Under the pieces are notes generated by a model. The model was not told the DNA's origin. It did not search any database and was given only the letters and a program-made list of their open reading frames with translations. 64,000 nucleotides of DNA from NCBI GenBank assembly GCA_002503705.1, contig DASH01000042.1, forward strand, positions 25,950 to 89,949, in the 5' to 3' direction. Positions within the stretch are counted from its first letter, which is position 1. Every line of letters begins with the position of its first letter. The position numbers and the translations under genes are program-made. Shown in pieces: positions 1-7,922 of the stretch. Origin of the DNA: Candidatus Woesearchaeota archaeon UBA153 (GTDB taxonomy: Archaea; Nanobdellota; Nanobdellia; Woesearchaeales; UBA525).

Positions 1-471
1 ATCAAGGCGGGCGAGCCAGTGCTGTTCGACTTCTTCGCGAAGAGCATGACGAGCGGGTACTGGTTCGACATGAGCCGCACGGTCGTCGTCGGCAAGCCGT
101 CGAATGAATACCGGCGGCTGTGGCGTGCGGTGAAAGAGGCGCAGGACGCCGCGTTGAGGAAAATTCGACCCGGCACGCGATGCGGCGCGCTCAACCAGGC
201 GATTGACGACGTCTTCAAGAAGCGCCGCTACGCGACGACGGACGAAGAAGGGTTTTTGCACAGCGCCGGCCACGGCCTCGGCCTGGAGATTCACGAAGCG
301 CCCACCGTCGGGAACGGGAGCAAGGACGTCCTGAAGGCGGGCATGGTCATCACGATCGAACCCGGCTTGTATTACAAAAAAATCGGAGGTGCACGGCTCG
401 AGAACACACTCTTCGTGACGAAGAACGGCTATAGGGACTTGACGCGATACCCGCGGAGGATGACGCCATGA
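1..471 (+). CDS. M24-family metallopeptidase (Xaa-Pro/methionine aminopeptidase-like), C-terminal part; 5' end lies outside window
   Basis: Frame open from nt 1; HSAGHGLGLEIHEAP M24 metal-binding signature; G.MVITIEPG motif. Confidence 0.6.
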   Translation: MKAGEPVLFDFFAKSMTSGYWFDMSRTVVVGKPSNEYRRLWRAVKEAQDAALRKIRPGTRCGALNQAIDDVFKKRRYATTDEEGFLHSAGHGLGLEIHEAPTVGNGSKDVLKAGMVITIEPGLYYKKIGGARLENTLFVTKNGYRDLTRYPRRMTP

Positions 472-827
472 ACCCGGAGACCATCGAGCTTCTTTGGGAG
501 ACGATCGAGCAGGAACAGGACCTCTTGACCATCGTCGAGGGGAAGAACGACAAGCGCGCGCTCGAACGCCTCGGCTTCCGCAACATCAGAACCCTCGACC
601 GTCCGCTCTACCGGATCATCGAGGAGATTGACGGCGACGAGGTCGCGATTCTCACCGACCTGGACTCGCACGGCCAAGGGCTGTACAAGTATTTCTACCA
701 TGAATGCGCGCGCCGCGGCATCAAGGTGAACAACCGCGTGCGGCAACTCCTGCACTTCACCGACCTGCGCCAGATCGAAGGGCTGGCGAACTACCTGGAA
801 CGGCTCACGCCGATACAGACGCAGTAG
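468..827 (+). CDS. small Toprim-domain protein
   Basis: EGKNDKRAL ... ILTDLDSHG acidic Toprim motifs; 4-bp overlap with upstream gene. Confidence 0.5.
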   Translation: MNPETIELLWETIEQEQDLLTIVEGKNDKRALERLGFRNIRTLDRPLYRIIEEIDGDEVAILTDLDSHGQGLYKYFYHECARRGIKVNNRVRQLLHFTDLRQIEGLANYLERLTPIQTQ

Positions 828-896
828 TCATCGTCCACATTTCCCGCGGACATACGCTGCTCCAGAGCACGCTGTCGACCTTGCACGGCAGATTTC

Positions 897-3116
897 TCAG
901 AACGCCTTCTTCAGCTCCTCGAGGCGGCGCAGCGCCTCGTCGGCGGCGTAGCCGCCATTGCCGTACAATCGCGTCAGCTCGAGGAGCGCCAAGAATTTCG
1001 TGTTGCGCAAGAGGATGACGCGGACGGGGAAGGGGAGGCGCGCGTGCTTGATCGCGGTGACGAGCGCGTCGAACTCGAAACTCGCGGAGAGGCCGAACAT
1101 CGCCGCGTAGAGCGAGCGCAGCTTCCCTCGGGTCGCGTCGCGCAACGCCTCTTCCGGCACGCGTCCTCGCAACGAGCCGATCTCGTACTGCGCTTGCTTG
1201 ACGAGGTCGCCGTACTCTTCGTGACGGTGGACGCGGAAGTGCTTCGCGAACGAGTTCCACCCGAGGAGGAGCGAGTACGTGAGCGAGTCCTCATAGAAGA
1301 AGTGGATGGTCTTGCCGTGCGTGACGAGGAAGACGAGCCGCGACGCGTACACGGCGCGCGCCAAGTAGCCCGCGAAGAGCAAGACGAGGAGGAGCAGCGC
1401 GATGACGACCCCTTTGATGACGCCTGGCTTGTAGTCGCTCCACGCGCACGGCCTGCACGGTCCGTCGCAATCCACGAGCCGTTCCCCCTGGTTTTTCACG
1501 TTGTCGTTGCAGGTTGGGCATGCGTCGCAGGGTCCGCCGCAGTCTGTTTTCTCTTCTCCTTGGTTCTGTTCGCCGTCGTTGCAGGTTGGGCACGCGTCGC
1601 AGGGTCCGCCGCAGTCGACGCCGGTCTCTTTTCCGTTCTTCACGCCGTCCTCGCACGTCACGCCGACGCAGATGCCGCGGAGACACACGGCGCTCTCGCA
1701 CTCGCCGTTGTTCCGGCACCGCATCCCGTCGCCGCACGCCTCGCACACGCCGCCGCAATCGAGATCGCTCTCGTCCTGGTTCTTGACGCCGTCGTTGCAG
1801 GTTGGGCATGCGTCGCAGGGTCCGCCGCAGTCTGTTTTCTCTTCTCCTTGGTTCTGTTCGCCGTCGTTGCAGGTTGGGCACGCGTCGCAGGGTCCGCCGC
1901 AGTCGACGCCGGTCTCTTTTCCGTTCTTCACGCCGTCCTCGCACGTCGCGTCCGGCTCGCACGCCTGCATCGTCGCCGGCTTCTCCGTCTCGTTCGCGCA
2001 CGGAGTCAACGGTATGCAGACGCGTTCCTGATACCCGGGGAAGATGCACTCGCCCCAATCGGTGCAATCCCAACGCGGGACGCACGCTGGTTCGTCGCAC
2101 GCGCCGCAGTCCTTCGGGCAGGAAGCGCACTCTTCCGGCGCGATGCAGATCATGTCGCCGCAATAGTTGTTGCGGACGCCGACAACCGTCTCGTTCAGGA
2201 CCGTGTACTTGACGTTCCGGCTCGTGACGGTCGCGCCGCTCGAATCGGTCGCGGTGTACGCGTGATAGACGACGCCGGGCTCGCCCGCCTTCAGCGTGAA
2301 CAACTCTCCCTCGATGCTCGGCGTGACCGTTGCCCGAGTCATCTTCGTTTCCGGCCTCGGTCCCGTCTCCTCGAGCGTGAACGTCAAGACGCCACGGTCA
2401 GGGTCGAAGAAGTACAGGCTGAGGTTGAGCGTGAACGTCCCGCCGCGCGGCAGGGTGACGTCGATGAACTCCGTCACTTGGACTGGCGCCCGGTTGACAT
2501 TCGCGACGCTCACGTTCCACACGCGCACCGTCGTCAATCCTTCCCGGCTCGTCGCTCGCAGTTCGAGCGTGTGCAGGCCCCCCGCGTTGAAATCTGGATA
2601 ATACAGGTATGACTCGTTCTCCTTGGCGACGTCAACGCCGTCGAGGCGCCACGTGATTGTCGCGTTCTCTGTTTTCGCGGTGAAGAGGAACGGCCTCCCT
2701 TCTCGCGCGGTGACGACGCCGGGCGCGGGCGTCGTCGTCACAATCGGCGGGTGGCGGATCGCGTACTCCGCGACGCTCGTCGCGACGCACCCTCGCGGGG
2801 TGACCGCGTAGAAGAGGATTCTCGCGGTCGACGTCGTCGTTCCCGTCGGGGTGAACGTGAACGCTCCCGTCGTCTCGTCGAACGCGAAGCCCGGCACGCT
2901 GTCGCCGATGAACGTGGCGCCGAGCGTCGCGTCGCTCGTCGTCGTGAACGTGCCGTTCAGCGTGTGGTCGAGCCCGATAACGCTCGTCGCGGGTTCGAGC
3001 GCGATTTTCGGCGCGTCCGCCGGGCCGCAGTACGCGGTCGTCACGGTCGCGACGAGAAGTGTGACGAGGAGACTGAGAATCAGGACGTTGACACTCTTCC
3101 GCACGCGCACGCTCAC
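897..3116 (-). CDS. large type-I membrane surface protein: signal peptide, Ig-like region, about 6 cysteine-rich 28-aa repeats (C.DG..N..E...DCGGPC.AC), TM helix, cytoplasmic tail
   Basis: 739-aa ORF; N-terminal hydrophobic signal; repeated DCGGPCDACPTCNDG units; hydrophobic segment VVIALLLLVLLFAGYLA. Confidence 0.65.
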   Translation of the reverse strand: MSVRVRKSVNVLILSLLVTLLVATVTTAYCGPADAPKIALEPATSVIGLDHTLNGTFTTTSDATLGATFIGDSVPGFAFDETTGAFTFTPTGTTTSTARILFYAVTPRGCVATSVAEYAIRHPPIVTTTPAPGVVTAREGRPFLFTAKTENATITWRLDGVDVAKENESYLYYPDFNAGGLHTLELRATSREGLTTVRVWNVSVANVNRAPVQVTEFIDVTLPRGGTFTLNLSLYFFDPDRGVLTFTLEETGPRPETKMTRATVTPSIEGELFTLKAGEPGVVYHAYTATDSSGATVTSRNVKYTVLNETVVGVRNNYCGDMICIAPEECASCPKDCGACDEPACVPRWDCTDWGECIFPGYQERVCIPLTPCANETEKPATMQACEPDATCEDGVKNGKETGVDCGGPCDACPTCNDGEQNQGEEKTDCGGPCDACPTCNDGVKNQDESDLDCGGVCEACGDGMRCRNNGECESAVCLRGICVGVTCEDGVKNGKETGVDCGGPCDACPTCNDGEQNQGEEKTDCGGPCDACPTCNDNVKNQGERLVDCDGPCRPCAWSDYKPGVIKGVVIALLLLVLLFAGYLARAVYASRLVFLVTHGKTIHFFYEDSLTYSLLLGWNSFAKHFRVHRHEEYGDLVKQAQYEIGSLRGRVPEEALRDATRGKLRSLYAAMFGLSASFEFDALVTAIKHARLPFPVRVILLRNTKFLALLELTRLYGNGGYAADEALRRLEELKKAF
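1501..2090. repeat. near-identical tandem duplication (about 288-bp unit x2, with 84-bp sub-repeats) inside the cysteine-rich repeat gene
   Basis: ORF-track frames 1514-1786 and 1802-2212 begin with the identical 50 aa; frame 1501-2031 shows SLQVGHASQGPPQS repeated four times. Confidence 0.7.
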
Positions 3117-3220
3117 CTCACTAGCCCTCTCTGGAGCAGTCGTTATAAAAATGTGACGAACGGCTCCTCATCGTCGCAGCATTTCGTTCCCGTTTTTGTC
3201 TGGACGCAGTCCAGTCCCGT

Positions 3221-3305
3221 GCTGGCGCGGCAAAAGTCATAGTTGTTCTCAGTCGTACGGACGTACTCGCGAGAACTTTAACGAGAAAAACCGGGCCGCG
3301 CCAGC
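3221..3305. repeat. 85-bp intergenic palindromic element, copy A (GCTGGCGCGGC ... GCCGCGCCAGC), preceded by CTGGACGCAGTCCAG hairpin at 3200-3214
   Basis: Perfect 11-bp terminal inverted repeats; internal AAAAGTCATAGTT and ACGTACTCG motifs shared with copies at 7738, 57546, 61648. Confidence 0.6.
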
Positions 3306-3376
3306 CGAAACCCGCCGTGGCGGGCGTTCATCGTGCAAAGCATCAGTCGCGACCATCTCACCGATGCTCTTCGGCT

Positions 3377-3584
3377 CTTAGGCAAATCGCTTTCGCGTGG
3401 TCGCCAGCAGTTCGCGTCATCGCTTGTTGGACGGCGAGGGCTGCGTTCCCGTGGTCACGGCGACGGAACGTCGCCGGGAAGTTGGGGATGGTTCCCTCCC
3501 CAACTGGAGCGACCCCTCGCAACGCCCTCGCTTGCGGCTCTGCTGACGCTCGCCTGACGCTGGCGACCATCCATTTGCCTAAGA
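3377..3584. ncRNA. candidate structured RNA: nested 11-bp inverted repeats CTTAGGCAAAT/ATTTGCCTAAG and TGGTCGCCAGC/GCTGGCGACCA enclosing about 185 nt with internal hairpins
   Basis: Lies in 520-bp divergent intergenic region; only short, poorly coding-like ORFs overlap it. Confidence 0.2.
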
Positions 3585-3634
3585 GCCATGCTCTTCGCAA
3601 CCTATTTAAACCGTGAAGGCGGTGGGGGAGACGC

Positions 3635-4438
3635 ATGGTCGGCTTCGTCTACCATTTACGGCGTTACTTCTTCCTCGCGAAGGAAGAGTGGCTCGGCGTC
3701 CTCATCACCGCGCTGTTCGCGGGCTTCGCGCTCAGCTTCCGCAACTGGGGCGGCGAGACGTTCGACCTCCTCCTCGGCTTGAAGAATTACGGCATCGAGG
3801 TCGTCGCGTTCTTCCTCCTCTTCCTCCTCCACCTCTCCGCGCAGAAGGCGGTCGGCGTCTACTACGGCATCAAAGTCGTGTATGATAAGTACTTGCTCGG
3901 CCTCATGATCGGGTTGTTCGTCACCTTCCTCAGCTTCGGCTATTGGCCGTTGTTCGTGACCGGGACTCTCGCCTTCACCGCAATCCCGAACCTGCGCGTC
4001 GGCAAGTTCCGCGCGACGCTGCCGAAGAAATGGGAGATCGCCCTCATCGCCGCCGCCGGGCCGTTGGCCTCGTTGCTCGCCATGGTGCCGTTGAACGCGT
4101 TGCACATCGGGACTGGCTTGCCGTTCTTCCACCACTTAATCGGCGTCTGCGCGCTCATCGCGATCTACTCGATGCTGCCCATTCCCGTCTTGCCGACGGC
4201 GAACCCGTACGCCGTCTACATGAGCAGGATTGAGGTGTTGGAAGGCAACCTGCCCGGGTTCGACGTCTTCTACCACTCCGCCGGCATCTACTGCTTGCTC
4301 GTCGGGTTCCTCATCGTCTTCTCCGCGATCGCGTGGTTCTTCAGCCCGAGCACGTGGGCGTTGCTCATCGCGATCATTCTCGGCTGGTGGGCGATGCACT
4401 TGTACGCGAAGACGATCGCGGAACACCGGAACTGGTAG
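3635..4438 (+). CDS. polytopic integral membrane protein, function unknown
   Basis: 267 aa with about 7 hydrophobic helices. Confidence 0.5.
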   Translation: MVGFVYHLRRYFFLAKEEWLGVLITALFAGFALSFRNWGGETFDLLLGLKNYGIEVVAFFLLFLLHLSAQKAVGVYYGIKVVYDKYLLGLMIGLFVTFLSFGYWPLFVTGTLAFTAIPNLRVGKFRATLPKKWEIALIAAAGPLASLLAMVPLNALHIGTGLPFFHHLIGVCALIAIYSMLPIPVLPTANPYAVYMSRIEVLEGNLPGFDVFYHSAGIYCLLVGFLIVFSAIAWFFSPSTWALLIAIILGWWAMHLYAKTIAEHRNW

Positions 4439-4561
4439 TGTTGTGTCTTGAACGCTCTGCATTGTCGCCGTGTTCCCGCCCTTCAGTCTCACTCGTCGAG
4501 CCTTTCCCACGACACGTCGAGCGGCCGGTGACCGCGCGAAAGCGAATTCTCACAAAGCCCT

Positions 4562-4837
4562 TCAGACCAGGCTGTAGAGTCCTTTGAGTATGAGGTAGAC
4601 GCCGAGTATCACGCTCAAGAAGGTGATGTTCCAGAGGAGGGTGAGACACAGGTACCCCGCGATCAAGACGTCGAACTTGGAGACTGGGTCGCTGAGGAAG
4701 AGGAGCCCTTTCATGCCGAGGAAGAGCGCGACGAAGAGGACGATTTTCTGGGGCGCGAGGTGGAGGTTCGCCGTGAGTAAGAGTAACGCCGCGGTGAGGT
4801 CGACGAGGCCGAGGAGTTTGACGAGGAGGCTCACCAT
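4562..4837 (-). CDS. small membrane protein (about 3 TM)
   Basis: 91-aa hydrophobic ORF; AT-rich promoter region downstream (4840-4900). Confidence 0.35.
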   Translation of the reverse strand: MVSLLVKLLGLVDLTAALLLLTANLHLAPQKIVLFVALFLGMKGLLFLSDPVSKFDVLIAGYLCLTLLWNITFLSVILGVYLILKGLYSLV

Positions 4838-4933
4838 GCGCGGCAGTCGGACTTCTTATTTATTGGTTTGGCAAATATAATATTTACCATATGGAATTTA
4901 TTTCTTTTTCAGTTTCTCGTCGGTCACTCGTCG

Positions 4934-4949
4934 AAACATTTATAATTCC
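4934..4949 (+). promoter_or_regulatory. TATA-like box (GAAACATTTATAATTC)
   Basis: AT-rich box about 55 nt upstream of ATG at 5005. Confidence 0.35.
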
Positions 4950-5004
4950 CTATCGTCGGAGAGTGGTCTAACGCGTGGGGTGTCACGCTTCGAGGTGGAT
5001 TGAC

Positions 5005-5229
5005 ATGGCAGAGAAGGTTGCGAAAGTCGGCGTGAAACGCCAACCGGGCTTCCTGTATTTCATCGACAAAGAAGGCGACGTCAGCCGAGCCCCCATGGCT
5101 CGCGGCGGCGTCAAACGCGGCAAGGCCGAGAAGGTCGCGAAGGCCGGCGTCCGGAAGGAGAAGGGCTACCTCTACTTCCTCGACAAGCAAGGCGACGTCT
5201 CGCGCGCCAAGATGGCCCGCGGCCGCTAA
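5005..5229 (+). CDS. small protein made of two about 36-aa repeats (EKVAK.GV....G.LYF.DK.GDVSRA.MARG)
   Basis: Internal direct repeat visible in translation; start chosen at MAEKVAK. Confidence 0.4.
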   Translation: MAEKVAKVGVKRQPGFLYFIDKEGDVSRAPMARGGVKRGKAEKVAKAGVRKEKGYLYFLDKQGDVSRAKMARGR

Positions 5230-5426
5230 AGCTGCACGACAGTAAACGATTTTTGATTCTTCTTATTCTTCCTTCAATTATGTGACTCTCTCATGTGACT
5301 CTCTCATGGCTTGAGTCCGGGGAGGTTCATCGGCACGTACCGTTATAACCATCCTCTGAAAAGGACCAACGTTCAAGCAAAGAAATAAGCGCGTCCGACT
5401 GGGCGCGTTCCACTGGACATCCTCGG

Positions 5427-5441
5427 AAAACCATTATAAAC
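5427..5441 (+). promoter_or_regulatory. BRE/TATA (AAAACCATTATAAAC) for hef; near-leaderless
   Basis: About 22 nt upstream of ATG at 5463. Confidence 0.45.
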
Positions 5442-5462
5442 GTCCCGACCCTCGCAGTACTT

Positions 5463-7673
5463 ATGCTTCGTCCGTCTGTCGAGCCGCGGTTGTACCAGGA
5501 GACGATCTTCGCCACGGCCTCTTTGAAGAACACGTTGGTCGTCTTGCCGACGGGGATGGGGAAGACGTTGATTGCCGAACTGCTCACCGTCCACCGTCTC
5601 GAACACTACACGGGCAGTAAAGTCCTCATCCTCGCGCCGACACGACCATTAGTGCAGCAGCACAAGACGACGTTCAGGAAAGACCTCGCGCTCTCGGAAG
5701 AGGAGGCGGTCATGTTCACGGGGAACGTCTCGCCGGCGAAGCGCGCCGCGTTGTGGAAGAACGCGAAGATCATCTTCAGCACGCCGCAAGGCCTGGAGAA
5801 CGACCTCGTCGGCAGCAAGATCTCGCTGAAAGACGTCTCCTTGCTCGTCTTCGACGAAGCCCACCGGGCGACTGGCGATTACAGTTACGTCTTCATCGCG
5901 GACAGATACAAGAAGGAAGCGACGCACGAGCGTATCCTCGCGCTCACCGCGAGTCCGGGGAGCGACAAGGAGAGCATCGAGCAGGTCTGCAAAGTTCTCC
6001 ACATCGAGGAGATCGAGTCGCGTTCCGCGGAAAGTTCGGACGTCAAGCCGTACATCCAGGACATCGACGTCGAGTACCTCACCGTGCCGATGCCGGCTGA
6101 GTTCAAGGGGGCGCACGCCGCGTTCCAACGCTGCCTGAAGCGAAGATTGGACGATGTCGTCGAGCTCGGCGTCGTCAATCGGCAAGCGCTGCACAACAAG
6201 ACGTTGCTGCTGAAAGCGCAAGCCGGCTTGTACGCGCGCAGCGCGAAGGGCGAGAAGAGCTACGAGGCCTTGAAGACGATGTCGCTGCTCGCGGAGGCGT
6301 TGAAGCTCCAGCATGGCATCGAACTGTTGGAGACGCAAGGCGTCGCTTCGCTCGAGAAGTACTTGGGCAAGCTGCGCGCGGAGGCGACGGCGAAGCAGAG
6401 CAAGGCGGTGCAGAACCTCGTCGCTGACGTCGACTTCAAGGCGGGCGCGGCGCTCGTCGCGTCCTTGAAGGAGGCGAACGTCGAGCACCCGAAGCTGAAG
6501 GCGTTGCAGAAGGCGGTGCTCAGAACGCTGTACGCCGACAAGAATGCCAAGATCATCATCTTCAACCAGTACCGTGACCAGGCGGTGCGCATCAAGCAAG
6601 CGTTGGATGAAATTAATGTCTCTGCGAACATCTTCGTCGGCCAATTGAAGAAAGGCGAGACCGGGATGACCCAGCTGGAGCAGCACCGCATCCTCGAATC
6701 GTTCCGCGCGGGCGAGTTCAGCTGCCTCATCGCGACGAGCGTCGCGGAAGAAGGCCTGGACATCCCGAAGGTGGACGTCGTCCTCTTCTACGAGCCGGTG
6801 CCGAGCGCCATCAGGACGGTGCAGCGTCGGGGACGCACTGGCCGTTTGGAGAAAGGCAAGATCATCATGCTCATCACGGAAGGGACGCGCGACGTCGCGC
6901 ACAAGTGGGCCGCGCACCACAAGGAGAAACGCATGTACCGGGTCTTGAGCGAGGTGAAAGGCACGCTCTCCGGCGAGGGCGAGGAAGTTGAGGCGCAGAC
7001 GACGTTAAACGAAAATAACGAGGAGAACGCCGACGTCATCATCGCCGACCATCGCGAGAAGACGAGCGGCGTCCTCAAGGAGCTCATCGACATGAACGTG
7101 AAGATCGACTTGCGGCAGTTGGACGTCGGCGACTACCGGCTGAGCGACCGCGTCGTCGTCGAGTACAAACGAGTCCCGGACTTCGTCAACAGCATCGTCG
7201 ACGGCCGGTTGCTGCAGCAGTTGCGCGGCCTGCGCAGCTACCCGCGACCGTTGATCATCATCGAGGGGGACGAGGACATCTACAGCGTGCGCAACGTGCA
7301 CCAGAACGCGATCCTCGGCATGCTCGCCGCGATCACCGTCAGCTACAACATCCCGGTCTTGTTCACAAAGACGCCGAAAGAGACTGCGTCGTTGCTCGCG
7401 CTCATCGCGCGGAAGGAGCGCGAGCGCGGGAGCGCGGAGCCGAGCGCGCACACGCAGAAGCCGCTCACCGAGACGGAGCGCCAGGAGTTCATCATTTCCA
7501 GTCTGCCCGGCGTCGGCCCGAGCCTCGCGAAAGCCTTGTTGAAGGAGTTCGGCAGCGTCAAGGGGGTCGTGGACGCGAGCCCGGAGTCGTTGCAGCGCGT
7601 CGACAAGGTCGGCGAGAAGAAAGCCAAAGCGATCCACGACGCGGTGCGCAAGAAGTACGAGCCGAACGCGTAG
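5463..7673 (+). CDS. hef: Hef: SF2 helicase fused to ERCC4/XPF nuclease and HhH2
   Basis: PTGMGKT Walker A, DEAHR box, helicase C motifs QRRGRTGR; C-terminal ERCC4 (DVGDY...IIEGDE) and HhH LPGVGPSLAKALL. Confidence 0.85.
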   Translation: MLRPSVEPRLYQETIFATASLKNTLVVLPTGMGKTLIAELLTVHRLEHYTGSKVLILAPTRPLVQQHKTTFRKDLALSEEEAVMFTGNVSPAKRAALWKNAKIIFSTPQGLENDLVGSKISLKDVSLLVFDEAHRATGDYSYVFIADRYKKEATHERILALTASPGSDKESIEQVCKVLHIEEIESRSAESSDVKPYIQDIDVEYLTVPMPAEFKGAHAAFQRCLKRRLDDVVELGVVNRQALHNKTLLLKAQAGLYARSAKGEKSYEALKTMSLLAEALKLQHGIELLETQGVASLEKYLGKLRAEATAKQSKAVQNLVADVDFKAGAALVASLKEANVEHPKLKALQKAVLRTLYADKNAKIIIFNQYRDQAVRIKQALDEINVSANIFVGQLKKGETGMTQLEQHRILESFRAGEFSCLIATSVAEEGLDIPKVDVVLFYEPVPSAIRTVQRRGRTGRLEKGKIIMLITEGTRDVAHKWAAHHKEKRMYRVLSEVKGTLSGEGEEVEAQTTLNENNEENADVIIADHREKTSGVLKELIDMNVKIDLRQLDVGDYRLSDRVVVEYKRVPDFVNSIVDGRLLQQLRGLRSYPRPLIIIEGDEDIYSVRNVHQNAILGMLAAITVSYNIPVLFTKTPKETASLLALIARKERERGSAEPSAHTQKPLTETERQEFIISSLPGVGPSLAKALLKEFGSVKGVVDASPESLQRVDKVGEKKAKAIHDAVRKKYEPNA

Positions 7674-7737
7674 GGTTGCGCGTTGATGTTTGCTCGTCGT
7701 CAGACGAACGCGAGGCCGCTGCGTCAGCGGGTACGTC

Positions 7738-7822
7738 GCTGGCGCGGCAAAAGTTGTTGTCGTCGTGCGAAAACGTCGAGTACGGAGACGCGCGAAAACG
7801 AGTACTTCCGTGCCGCGCCAGC
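7738..7822. repeat. 85-bp intergenic palindromic element, copy D
   Basis: GCTGGCGCGGCAAAAGTT ... GTGCCGCGCCAGC between hef and primase. Confidence 0.6.
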
Positions 7823-7922
7823 ACGTTCGAGCACTGCTCGACTGGGCAATTGCGGAATCGACTGGACGGCGTCCAGCAGTATCGGCACAACACATAAAAG
7901 CTCTTCGGGGGTTCCTGGGAGG

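Noticed and set aside
1044-2612. 522-aa ORF antisense to the cysteine-rich surface protein gene
   Set aside because: Arg/Ala-rich nonsense composition typical of antisense frames in high-GC DNA; the opposite strand has clear domain architecture.
3317-3616. Short ORFs (61-99 aa) in the 3117-3634 intergenic region
   Set aside because: Overlap each other in several frames, Arg/Ala-rich; the region is better explained by inverted-repeat RNA/DNA structure.
5649-6920. 423-aa ORF antisense to hef
   Set aside because: hef frame has unambiguous helicase motifs; antisense ORF is low-complexity Arg/Leu-rich.
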